In this document: piece by piece, positions 16,174 to 25,382 of the stretch
How positions within the stretch are numbered: the stretch's first letter is position 1
Layout: the number at the start of each line of letters is the position of its first letter
Assembly (NCBI GenBank): GCA_025839675.1
Contig: CP104013.1
Location: 30,001-62,000, forward strand
Source: Candidatus Lokiarchaeum ossiferum
GTDB lineage: Archaea > Asgardarchaeota > Lokiarchaeia > Sigyniarchaeales > Promethearchaeaceae
Direction: 5' to 3'
Length of the DNA: 32,000 bases
Made by a program: the position numbers and the translations under genes
The notes under the pieces: generated by a model
Databases searched by the model: none
What the model was told of the DNA's origin: nothing
The model's input: only the letters and a program-made list of their open reading frames with translations

Positions 16174-17211
16174 ATGCTCCCCATTCACGAAAAATTAACA
16201 TGCCTCCTCTCAAATTTTTTTCAAGTCTCCAAACAAGCCTTAATTGCGGCGTATATTTTTGATCGGGATGGATTGCTGATTGCTAATCAAAGTCGGTTTG
16301 AACGGAATTCGCGAGAAGATTCGGAAATCTATGGGGCGATTGCCAGTGTCGTAGATCCAACTTTAAAACGAATCACCGCGGAATATCCGGGATCTTTTGG
16401 GACCGGAGGTTTTGAAACCGAGGATCACCACTTGATATTTACAGAAGCAGGACCAAAAGCAATTCTCCTATGCGTCTATGAATATCGGGTTATTATCAAT
16501 TATGAAATGCCCTATGTATTCTTGATTGCGGAGAAAATCGCAAAAATTCTTGAAGATCCAAAGGAAGATGTCGCACTCTCCGTGCCTAATCTCCATGTTG
16601 GAGAAAGCTTACCTCAGATAACACTTCCTCAATTAAACACACCCAATAAAGGTGGCGCTGCAGCTTTTGCAGATGAACAAAAACTCGTTTTCAAGTTGTG
16701 TGTTTTAGGAGATCCCGCTGTTGGAAAAACAAGTCTAATTCATCAATTCGTCACGAAGCGCTTTGAAACAGATTACAAACCTACATTAGGGATTTCCATT
16801 ACTAATCGTCGTTATAATTTGCAAGGTTTTGAGAATAAAGTTTTAGATTTTATGATATGGGATTTAGCAGGACAGAAATTTTTCCAACGGGTGCGGCAAT
16901 ATTATTATACAGGAGCCAATGCGGCGTTTATTATGTACGATATCTCTAGGCGCGAATCTTTTGAAGGGCGCATTAAATATTGGTATGATGATATCCGGAG
17001 AGCGATTCCCGATATTCCCATTGTTATCGTTGGCAATAAGCGAGATCTACTTGAGAAACGACAGGTAAAAGAAGAGGAAGGAGTAAATTTGGCAAAAGAA
17101 TTGAAATGTTCCTTCTTGGAAACCTCCGCAAAAAGTGGAGAAAATGTGAAGGATGCGTTTTCCTTGATGGGTATTGGGCTTTTTTTTAATTTTCGCTCCA
17201 TGGAAACATGA
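16174..17211 (+). CDS. Roadblock/LC7(MglB-like) domain fused to a Ras/Rab-like small GTPase
   Basis: The ORF is open from TTG 16147 and the first ATG is at 16174. The N-terminal ~130 aa fit the Roadblock pattern (ALIAAYIFDRDGLLIANQS...DSEIYGAIASVV...HHLIFTEAGPKAILLCV). After a Pro/Ala linker comes a complete G domain from ~16684: G1 GDPAVGKT, G2 PTLG, G3 WDLAGQ, G4 GNKRD, G5 ETSAK. There is no C-terminal CaaX. Confidence 0.9.
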   Translation: MLPIHEKLTCLLSNFFQVSKQALIAAYIFDRDGLLIANQSRFERNSREDSEIYGAIASVVDPTLKRITAEYPGSFGTGGFETEDHHLIFTEAGPKAILLCVYEYRVIINYEMPYVFLIAEKIAKILEDPKEDVALSVPNLHVGESLPQITLPQLNTPNKGGAAAFADEQKLVFKLCVLGDPAVGKTSLIHQFVTKRFETDYKPTLGISITNRRYNLQGFENKVLDFMIWDLAGQKFFQRVRQYYYTGANAAFIMYDISRRESFEGRIKYWYDDIRRAIPDIPIVIVGNKRDLLEKRQVKEEEGVNLAKELKCSFLETSAKSGENVKDAFSLMGIGLFFNFRSMET

Positions 17212-17450
17212 GACTCCTAAATCTTCATTGGATTTTTTAATCTGAGACAATTAAAAGGTTTTTTCTAAGAACTTTATTTCTTTTCCTTTAAAAATTCCTA
17301 TTTTTTCGATGAATTGGTTTTATAACGCAAGTGGTTATTCCCAAAATCACTTTTGCATTGAATGAAGGAAAAAAAAATTTAAAAACTGAGTATCATTTTG
17401 GTAAATAATTTCATTGTTCCCAAAAAAAATGAAAATACGTGAACTTAATT

Positions 17451-18503
17451 ATGAAGTTGATAAAACAAATAATCCTTCTTTATTTCATTGTTCTCATTAA
17501 TTCGAATGTAATTTATAATGATTTTTTGACCAATGATTCTGAACATATTCAGATTTTAAAAAATAATCCATTAATTCCTGGTTCTGCTCTCAATCAAACA
17601 ATTCAAAACGATTTTTTCCGTTTTTATTCAGAAGAAGTTGAAGACAACTTTACCATTGATGTCAGATATCCAGAAAAATATAAACAAGAATTAAATCAAT
17701 CATATCCCGTAATATATCTCTTGGATGCGAATTTTTTTATAAATATCACTCGTTTTTTTAATGAAGAAGAAGGTTTCGGATCGGTTGTATCTCGGTTGAC
17801 CAATTCTGGGCTGATTCCTGAAGTGATCTTGGTCGGAATCGGATATCCAAAAGTGAATTATCGAGAGCGAGATTTTTTGTATCCTGCTTTTGGTTGGGAG
17901 GAAAATTCGGGTGGTGGAATCAGATTTTCGAAATTTCTTGAAAATGAATTAATCCCGTATATAGATTCAAATTATCGAACAAACAATAGTTTTGGAAGAA
18001 CTCTGTATGGCCACTCATATGGGGGCTATTATTCTCTGTTTTCTCTTTTAAATTTTAATCATTGGGGTTCCGCAATTTTTACAAACTATATCGCTGCTAG
18101 TCCAGCAGGATATTGGGCACATCATTATCTACTCGATTTAGAAGAAGAACATCAGAGTCAGTTTTATGGGGGTTTACCATTGAAACTTTACATGACCGTG
18201 GGGTCTAAAGAAAATAAACTTTCGTTTGATGGATATAATCCTATTCGAGAACGTTTTTTAAATCGATCCTATAGTGGTTTTCAATTCACAACTGCAATCA
18301 TTCCCGATGCAGTTCATATGGCTACTGCACTTCCAAGTTTTGAAGAAGGATTAAAATGGATTTTTAGTACTCCTATTCCTGGGAAGGAAGGTTCCCAAGG
18401 TTTTCGAAGGATCGTGGTGGGTACCTCCATTGGAATAGGTCTTGCTATAATCGTTGGCATTTCCTTGGCTGTCTATATTTTAAAACAAAAACAAAAACAA
18501 TAA
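17451..18503 (+). CDS. secreted, C-terminally membrane-anchored alpha/beta-hydrolase (putative esterase / IroE-esterase D-like family)
   Basis: The ORF is open from GTG 17439, with an ATG at 17451. Signal-like N-terminus KLIKQIILLYFIVLINSNV. YPVIYLLDANFF, VILVGIGYP, and the nucleophile elbow GHSYGG. C-terminal TM helix IGIGLAIIVGISLAVYIL followed by KQKQKQ. Confidence 0.75.
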   Translation: MKLIKQIILLYFIVLINSNVIYNDFLTNDSEHIQILKNNPLIPGSALNQTIQNDFFRFYSEEVEDNFTIDVRYPEKYKQELNQSYPVIYLLDANFFINITRFFNEEEGFGSVVSRLTNSGLIPEVILVGIGYPKVNYRERDFLYPAFGWEENSGGGIRFSKFLENELIPYIDSNYRTNNSFGRTLYGHSYGGYYSLFSLLNFNHWGSAIFTNYIAASPAGYWAHHYLLDLEEEHQSQFYGGLPLKLYMTVGSKENKLSFDGYNPIRERFLNRSYSGFQFTTAIIPDAVHMATALPSFEEGLKWIFSTPIPGKEGSQGFRRIVVGTSIGIGLAIIVGISLAVYILKQKQKQ

Positions 18504-18717
18504 ATGATGCTATTTTAATTTGAACTGCGAAGTATTTTGTATTTTTTCTTTCTTCTATTTCTATTCCAATCTTTGATTTGCTGTGAAATTAAAAAAGATT
18601 TTGGATATTTGAATTCTTCTTGCAATATTACTATATAACCTTTTCAATAAAATAAGCTTACTAGCACTTATAAGAATTAAAGAACAAGTGACTTTAGTTA
18701 ATCAGAAGAGAATTATT

Positions 18718-21489
18718 ATGGATTATCGAGAGAAGCGAATCTATTTTGTGATGTCACCCCATATAAATTATTATCACTCCTTTCGTGGTGATTCCATTGG
18801 AACCGATGGTTTCGGATTGGATATCCAAATAATGGAAAATCTTGTCAAAATGGTCGAAGGTTGTGAAAATCAAGGATTGTGTCATGGAAAAATTCCTATT
18901 TCTTGGGATTATAGCGATTTGTTTTGGACAATTCAATTGCAAAAGAAATTTCAACCCGAAGTTTTAGATCAAGTAATTCGGCGGTGTAAAGATGGAAAGG
19001 ATGAGGTGATTTTGGGAACTTGGGGAAATAGTATTCTTCCCGGGCTGGACACTGAAGAATTAATTCAACAATCAAAATGGCTTCATAACAATCAAATGGG
19101 GATTGGGCTTGATCAACTTTTCCAAGGTCGTGTTGCTCCCTATATTCGAACCCAAGAAACTATGTTTACTCAAGGAATGATTGAAGTTCTATATCAACTG
19201 GGTGTGAAGGGGATTCTCAATTACTATACTGTGATTCCCTTTGATACTGCACGCCCCTTTCTTAATCCTCCTTTAGACTGGAATCAGCGGTATAATCCAC
19301 TCCATTTTCATTCCAATGTGTCGGATGCGCAGATGCTCATGATTCCAATGTATGGGTTTGGGGAGACTATGGATCATCTCTCGGTTGGCAAATGGCTAAA
19401 AAAAATTCGTAAGCACCAAAAATCGGGAGAAATACCCGGGCATGCCCTTGTGGTTCTCAACCATGATATGGATTCTTACACATGGAATGGAACTCACTTA
19501 CCGAAAATTTTGCAGTGGATGCCCAATATTGGCGGCATTTCTGAAATAATTCAAGCCGTTGATAAATTATCTTATGTTCAGTTTACCACTTTATTAGACA
19601 TTATCCCCCAATTAACACCTCAAGGCAATGTCACGCTCCATCAAGATGTGGCCGACGGGTGTTTTAACGGCTATTATAACTGGGCTCAAAAATTTGATAA
19701 CACGCGATATTGGACTATCGGTCAACAAGCGCGTTGGTTCAAATCCGCGACGGATACCTTGATTGCGGATAAAATTTGTCCCTCGACTCCCAAAACACAT
19801 TCCTTAATCCGATCTGAAGATGATAGGGAAGATAGTTATATCAAAAACAAAATTTTATTTGCTTCTACCACCAATTTTGGGATGTCAATGCCTTTTAATC
19901 ATCCCCATCGCCAAAAAACGGCACTTAAATATGGAATAAATGCTTTTAAAGCTGCAGAATTGGCGTTTATGAATGTTTTTCAATCCTTATTTCACACTAC
20001 GGATGGAATCCCTCTGAAAGAAGATCATCTTTTGATTTTGCCCATCACCCATCGTGGTGCGAGTCGTGAAGAACAAAAAATCTTTCCTCCGAAACTTCTC
20101 ATTGATTCTTCTTTTTCTCCCGAAATCAACTCATTTTTCGACCCCTTTATCGAGGATCCACTCAAAAATCTCTGGATTGAGAAATCGGAAGAAGAAACAC
20201 ATGTTCAATTTGTCCTCTCTACTCAACAATTAACACAGGAAGGGTTTTTCTTTGGAAACCAGCAACAATTTTCCACTTTAGTAGAATTAAAAGAATCTGA
20301 CTCAGAACTTCATGCGGAATCTTTGAAATTACAAAATGAATTTTTTAAACTGCAATTTGATCCATTAGGAAAAATTTCTTCTTTTTCATTTCAAGGGCAA
20401 GAATTTGCGGCTCCGCGTTTCCTCGATTCTTCTCTCTCCTTTGGAAAGAAAAATGCGGTGAAATCTTTTACCTCACAGCGAGACCAAATTTTAGTCTTGG
20501 AAGATGGTTCCAATGGATTTTGTGCTTCAGTTCAAATCACCTCCGAATTTCCTGTTGAGAAAAACAAGGTGGTTATTACCGAAAAAAATGTAACCGTATA
20601 TCATGGTTTACCTCAATTATTTGTCTCTGTGAGCATGAAAATTCCTGAAATCAATGGTAGTGCTAACAGTGATAGTAATGTTTACAGTGTAAAAGTTCCC
20701 TATGACGATCGGTGGCAAGAGATAATTCCTTGTGAGATTCGTCCGGGTTTTCTGGGACAGGAGAACTATTTGCGCATTTGGAAACATAATTTTTTGGGTA
20801 GAACAACGAGTTTTGATCTCGATCTGCAAGAAGTAGATTCTATAAATGGTGATGTGGATTGTTTTGTCGGAAATATCTCCGATGGGTGGATGGCTGTATC
20901 TAATCGAAAACAAGGGTTATTGGTTGGGTTCAATTCCCTAAAAGCGGCAAATTTTGCATTTTCACCCATTAAATGGAAGAAAAATGGGTTTGGGGATCTC
21001 CCCCACGCGGGACAACAGATCCGAATTAATCCCTTCGGGACATATTTTGGAAAAATGTTGCATCATTGGGGAACTGGAACTGGTCATGCCCAAAAAATCA
21101 TTCCCAGTTATTCTAGTACCTTTAAATCAACTGCGCCTACTTTTTCTGGAAAAAATATCCGTTTCGATTTGGTTATCAATCCGTATTTTGGAGATAAACC
21201 ACAAAAAGTTATTCAAGCTATGGCAAATCATTATTCACTTCCACCCTTGATTGTGGCTTGGAATGGGACAACTCAAAAAATCTCCCATAATTTTGGCCAA
21301 ATTCAAGCATATGTAAAAAACATAATCAAAGAATATGATATTACGTCTTTATTGGAGATGTCGTATCTGGAATGGGTGGAAAAGATCAATGAAAATCATA
21401 TTCCAGAAAATAAACGCCGAGACGATCTCAATCTAAGTGTAAAACATCTGATAACACTATTTATTGATGGAATTCGGAGTAAATTTTAA
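18718..21489 (+). CDS. large cytoplasmic protein with a GH57/GH38-clan-like N-terminal domain (putative carbohydrate-active enzyme)
   Basis: The ORF is open from GTG 18688, with an ATG at 18718. The N-terminus has RIYFVMSPHINYYHSFRGD, EVILGTWGNSILPGL, and APYIRTQETMFTQGMIEVLYQLGVKG. These resemble the conserved regions of GH57-type (beta/alpha)7 enzymes. The C-terminal ~500 aa are not recognised. The coding call is confident; the function is not. Confidence 0.6.
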   Translation: MDYREKRIYFVMSPHINYYHSFRGDSIGTDGFGLDIQIMENLVKMVEGCENQGLCHGKIPISWDYSDLFWTIQLQKKFQPEVLDQVIRRCKDGKDEVILGTWGNSILPGLDTEELIQQSKWLHNNQMGIGLDQLFQGRVAPYIRTQETMFTQGMIEVLYQLGVKGILNYYTVIPFDTARPFLNPPLDWNQRYNPLHFHSNVSDAQMLMIPMYGFGETMDHLSVGKWLKKIRKHQKSGEIPGHALVVLNHDMDSYTWNGTHLPKILQWMPNIGGISEIIQAVDKLSYVQFTTLLDIIPQLTPQGNVTLHQDVADGCFNGYYNWAQKFDNTRYWTIGQQARWFKSATDTLIADKICPSTPKTHSLIRSEDDREDSYIKNKILFASTTNFGMSMPFNHPHRQKTALKYGINAFKAAELAFMNVFQSLFHTTDGIPLKEDHLLILPITHRGASREEQKIFPPKLLIDSSFSPEINSFFDPFIEDPLKNLWIEKSEEETHVQFVLSTQQLTQEGFFFGNQQQFSTLVELKESDSELHAESLKLQNEFFKLQFDPLGKISSFSFQGQEFAAPRFLDSSLSFGKKNAVKSFTSQRDQILVLEDGSNGFCASVQITSEFPVEKNKVVITEKNVTVYHGLPQLFVSVSMKIPEINGSANSDSNVYSVKVPYDDRWQEIIPCEIRPGFLGQENYLRIWKHNFLGRTTSFDLDLQEVDSINGDVDCFVGNISDGWMAVSNRKQGLLVGFNSLKAANFAFSPIKWKKNGFGDLPHAGQQIRINPFGTYFGKMLHHWGTGTGHAQKIIPSYSSTFKSTAPTFSGKNIRFDLVINPYFGDKPQKVIQAMANHYSLPPLIVAWNGTTQKISHNFGQIQAYVKNIIKEYDITSLLEMSYLEWVEKINENHIPENKRRDDLNLSVKHLITLFIDGIRSKF

Positions 21490-21524
21490 TCTTTTTTTGC
21501 TAAACTGTTACAAGTGAGAATGAT

Positions 21525-22541
21525 ATGAAAGATTCAATGAAAGCTTTAATATTTCCCAAACCTTGGGAGGTAAAATGCATCGATGTAGATATTCCAAAAC
21601 CAAAAACTCATGAAGTTTTAACCGAAATGAGATCTGTAGGGATCTGTGGGAGTGATGTTGGAATTTTTGAAGGAAATCACTGGATTGTGGCCCATGGCCC
21701 AGGAGGACATGGCCATGAAACGGGTGCAATAGTCAGGGAAGTAGGTTCTGAAGTATCTGGAATACATGTGGGTGATCATGTGGCCCGGATGGGGGCGGGT
21801 TATGCGGAGTATTCAACTCATGTAAATGTAATTGGTCATGGGAAGGATGAACTTTCCGGAGCCTTACCCATCGTTCGAAATGATCTTTCCATGGATGAAA
21901 TTTCTTTTGCTGATGCGGTGGGGTGTGCCATCAATTGTTTTGAACGGGCTGAATTTGATAAGATCAATGACGATAACAAAAAAGCGATCGTTTTTGGGTT
22001 AGGTCCCATTGGACTTATTTTGACCAAAATTTTATTAAACCATGGCATTGAAGTCGCTGTTTCTGAACCTTTCGCCCATAAACGCCAGATTGCTCAAGAA
22101 TGGGGTGCAAAAACCTTTGATCCGCATGCATATTCACGTCCCCATCATGGAAATTATCATGTTATGGATGCTATTAAGGAAGAATTTGGGGAAGCTCATG
22201 GGGTATTTGAAATGGTGGGCAAAAAAGAAACATTATTGGATGCTATTAATCTGGTTTATTCCGGATTTCGGGTTATGGTCTTCGGAGCGCAAAAATTAAT
22301 GCAAATTCCCTATGTGGATTGTCGCAAAAAAGGGGTAGAACTCGTATACCCAGAAGCCATGGTTAATTCTAAAGCGAATAAAGATTATTGGGGTGAGGCC
22401 TTGGATTTAATTGCCTCTCACACCCTTGATTTGGATAAATTAATTACCAAACGCATTTCTCTGGAAGACGCCATCGAGGCTTTCCAATTTTACGATCGCC
22501 AGAAATGGATCAAAATTATTGTGGAACCTTTCAGGAATTAA
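21525..22541 (+). CDS. Zn-dependent medium-chain dehydrogenase/reductase (sorbitol/threonine dehydrogenase-like)
   Basis: GICGSDVGIFEG, GHETGAIVREVGSEVSGIHVGDHV, and the nucleotide-binding motif VFGLGPIGLI. Confidence 0.9.
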   Translation: MKDSMKALIFPKPWEVKCIDVDIPKPKTHEVLTEMRSVGICGSDVGIFEGNHWIVAHGPGGHGHETGAIVREVGSEVSGIHVGDHVARMGAGYAEYSTHVNVIGHGKDELSGALPIVRNDLSMDEISFADAVGCAINCFERAEFDKINDDNKKAIVFGLGPIGLILTKILLNHGIEVAVSEPFAHKRQIAQEWGAKTFDPHAYSRPHHGNYHVMDAIKEEFGEAHGVFEMVGKKETLLDAINLVYSGFRVMVFGAQKLMQIPYVDCRKKGVELVYPEAMVNSKANKDYWGEALDLIASHTLDLDKLITKRISLEDAIEAFQFYDRQKWIKIIVEPFRN

Positions 22542-22759
22542 GTTTTGCTTTGGTTTTTTTTTGTTCTTCATTGTAAACTTTCTTATCAAGTTCATGCGGA
22601 GTAATTATGAACTATCTATCACCATGATCCAAAATTAATTTCCAAATGGTTGACCAAATTGGAAATCGGGGATCAAGATTTAGATTGGTAAGTCTGTGGG
22701 GGCAAATTTATAAATATTATAGAGTTATATTTCATAAATCCTATTTACTAAATATCGAT

Positions 22760-24334
22760 ATGAAAATCGTAGAGATTGAAAATGTAAAATTAGTCGAATC
22801 TGAAATAGATTTTATAAAAATTATGAATATCAAGTTATCTAATACTATTGAAAGAAGTTTGAAACTGAAAGATGAAGAAGTTAGTTATGGTGAAGTGGAA
22901 GATTTTCACATCAAATCTCTATTTCTCTATGGGGATTTTGAAGCTATTCATGAAAGTATTCAGAGTTTAGAGTTTTTAAAAAAACTAATTGTTAAAAAAC
23001 ACAATAATCAATCAAGAGGAATCTCAAAAATAATTTTACCCAATTCAATTGGAAACCTCTCACATTTAGAAATTCTTGTTCTCTCTGAATATATAGAATT
23101 ATTTTTGCCTGAAACTTTTAAAAATTTAAAAAATTTGAAAGAAATCACCTTAGCTACAGTAAATTTGCAAAATACAGATATGCTTAATAATATTAATTCT
23201 CCGAAGTTGGAATATTTCAATTTAGTTTCAGAAAATCTAACTTCAATTGAAAAACAATTTTTTAATCAAAATATTTATTTGAAAACTCTTTACTTAGAGT
23301 GTATTTCTATTGAAAATCTTTCAGAAGCCTTAGGTGATCTAAAAGAATTAGAATCTTTGACCATAAAAAAGGGAATATTCTTGAGAAATATCCCTGATGG
23401 CTTGTGTGAATTAAATAAACTTGTAAACTTAAAAATTGAGCAAACAGGATTGATAAAAATCCCAGAAAATATAGGTTTATTACATAATTTAAAAAAATTA
23501 AGTATAAGTTGGAACAGATTAAAAGCACTCCCACCAAGCATTTGTAAACTTTTTAATTTAGTTGAGCTTAAAGTAGATCATAATAACATAACTAAGTTGC
23601 CTGATGAAATTGGGGCGATTTCTTGTTTGGAAGAATTATTCCTTAATAATAACAAATTGCAGGAAATTCCGTCATCATTTGGAAATTTGCGAAAATTGAA
23701 AATAGTTGATTTTTCAAATAATGAACTTAACAATTTTCCTGAAATAAAATGCAATTTTCAATTTACTACAAAAATCAATTTATATAGAAATAAACTTACG
23801 AAGCTTCATCCTAGCATTGGAAAAATGGTTGGATTACAGGAACTCAATTTAAACAGTAATTTTATCCAATATTTACCTGATTCTATTGGAGATTTCCTGA
23901 AATTGGAGAAGTTTACTATCAATACTAATAAATTAAGTCAATTGCCTGATTCTATGAAGAAACTTAAAAATATGATGATTTTTGAAATTTCTTCTAATAA
24001 ACTTCAAGAAATACCCGATATTTTCGGACTATGGACAAAATTGAAAAATCTTGATTTAAGCAGAAATCAGATTTCCTCATTACCTGCGTCAATTTCAAAA
24101 TTAGAAAAACTACAAGAATTTTTTGTAGGATTCAACAAAATTGAGAATTTTCCATATGAGATAGAAAATCTACTAAGGATTGAAACGTTGGATTTAAGTA
24201 ATAATCAAATAGCTAATCTTTCAAAAAAAGTCAAAATTCCTAAATCCCTCACGTTTCTAAATATGTCAAAAAATCCTAAGGTTTTCAAGATGGATGATTT
24301 TATTACAAAAGATAAATTGGAAACATTATTCTAA
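22760..24334 (+). CDS. leucine-rich repeat protein (roughly 18 repeats of ~23 aa, LxxLxLxxNxLxxLPxxIgxL type)
   Basis: The ORF is open from ATG 22646. ATG 22760 (MKIVEIENV) is the more plausible start. Repeats include LKKLSISWNRLKALPPSICKLFN, LVELKVDHNNITKLPDEIGAISC and LEELFLNNNKLQEIPSSFGNLRK. No Roc/COR or other catalytic domain is present. Confidence 0.9.
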   Translation: MKIVEIENVKLVESEIDFIKIMNIKLSNTIERSLKLKDEEVSYGEVEDFHIKSLFLYGDFEAIHESIQSLEFLKKLIVKKHNNQSRGISKIILPNSIGNLSHLEILVLSEYIELFLPETFKNLKNLKEITLATVNLQNTDMLNNINSPKLEYFNLVSENLTSIEKQFFNQNIYLKTLYLECISIENLSEALGDLKELESLTIKKGIFLRNIPDGLCELNKLVNLKIEQTGLIKIPENIGLLHNLKKLSISWNRLKALPPSICKLFNLVELKVDHNNITKLPDEIGAISCLEELFLNNNKLQEIPSSFGNLRKLKIVDFSNNELNNFPEIKCNFQFTTKINLYRNKLTKLHPSIGKMVGLQELNLNSNFIQYLPDSIGDFLKLEKFTINTNKLSQLPDSMKKLKNMMIFEISSNKLQEIPDIFGLWTKLKNLDLSRNQISSLPASISKLEKLQEFFVGFNKIENFPYEIENLLRIETLDLSNNQIANLSKKVKIPKSLTFLNMSKNPKVFKMDDFITKDKLETLF

Positions 24335-24339
24335 CTAAA

Positions 24340-24376
24340 AATTCATAATTTCTAAATGTAATCTGAATTATGAATT
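24340..24376 (+). terminator. 11-bp perfect hairpin AATTCATAATT-N15-AATTATGAATT just after the LRR gene stop
   Basis: Inverted repeat at 24340-24350 / 24366-24376, starting 6 nt after the stop codon. The terminator role is inferred. Confidence 0.35.
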
Positions 24377-24600
24377 AATTTCAATTTCCCATCGTAGAAG
24401 ATTTTTGATTCTGACCAACCAGAGAGTCTCACTGCAAAAAATGACATGATCCTACAATATTTTATAAAAATGATTATATTTTTGGTTATGTCCAAATAAG
24501 TTTGGTCTAACCGTTTAAAAATGAAAGAAAGTCAGCCTAAAAATTTGTTCTGTATTATAGGGATTCAAATAATGTTGTGTGAGAAAAATAAAAAAAAAGA

Positions 24601-25041
24601 TTAAACACGGGTATCGACTTTAATTCCGCATTTTTCACAGAAACAATTTCCATTGTTATGAATGGCTTCTTCCATGGCACTCGAAAATTCCTTTCCACAT
24701 TCAGAACAATATCGGTGGGCTACTGGGGCAGAAACGGGAGCTTGATTTAGTGGTATTAATGGTCGTTGAGAGTAGTCCCGGATGGGTTTTGCCACTAATT
24801 TTAATATTGCATAAGGGATCAAGAGAGATAATACAACGGAATAATAACTGATATAGATTGACAATTTAACTGCATAATAGGTTAAATATAATGCTCCTTT
24901 CACGACCCAATATGTCAATGTTAAAGCTAAGACAGTGATGGCTACGGCTAAGGCAAAAAAGATGATTTGATCCCGAAGGGACATGGCGGCAAATTGAGCA
25001 TGAGATAGTTGGCTCCAATTAATATAAGATTCTACGGACAT
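24601..25041 (-). CDS. membrane protein with a C-terminal zinc ribbon
   Basis: TM helices (IIFFALAVAITVLALTLTYWVV, LSIYISYYSVVLSLLIPYAIL). The C-terminus is CSECGKEF...CFCEKCG. The N-terminus is paralogous to 28794-29084 (AQFAAM / ANFAGM, then AITV(L/F)). Confidence 0.8.
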   Translation of the reverse strand: MSVESYINWSQLSHAQFAAMSLRDQIIFFALAVAITVLALTLTYWVVKGALYLTYYAVKLSIYISYYSVVLSLLIPYAILKLVAKPIRDYSQRPLIPLNQAPVSAPVAHRYCSECGKEFSSAMEEAIHNNGNCFCEKCGIKVDTRV

Positions 25042-25085
25042 TTTTTGTGGTCTCCAATTAAGGTTATCTAATTATATTATGGAAG

Positions 25086-25144
25086 GAGTGATACCTAAAC
25101 CCTTCAGAGGCCGAAATTTATCATGGGGGCCATTTATTGTCAAA
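25086..25144 (-). promoter_or_regulatory. conserved 59-nt upstream element, copy A (likely core promoter / operator or 5' leader)
   Basis: 56/59 identical to 29131-29189. It lies 44 nt upstream of ATG 25041. On the minus strand it reads ...AATGGCCCCCATGATAAATTTCGGCCTCTGAAGGGTTTAGGTATCACTC. Confidence 0.6.
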
Positions 25145-25382
25145 TTTTCTTCCCAAAAAAGGTATTTTACTCTTTTGAAAGTTTTCTTTGGGAATTGTAA
25201 TAAATTTGTAGAATAACAGATATATTTCATGTGTTATCATTTTAAGTCTGTTTTATGCACTTTTTCGAGGTTAAATTTAGTTATTCATAAAAAAACATAC
25301 CAAAAAATTCTAAGAATGATAACGCTTATAAACTCACATTTATACTATTGAAATACTTATCTACCTAAAAAACTGAGAAAAA

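Noticed and set aside
17451-18503. PGF-CTERM / archaeosortase sorting signal on the esterase
   Set aside because: The C-terminal region has a TM helix and a basic tail but no PGF tripeptide immediately before the helix (the sequence is ...PGKEGSQGFRRIVVG...). I treat it as a plain TM anchor.
22760-24334. ROCO-type protein (LRR plus Roc GTPase plus COR)
   Set aside because: The ORF consists only of a short N-terminal region and LRRs. No P-loop or COR-like sequence is present in the ORF or in adjacent ORFs.
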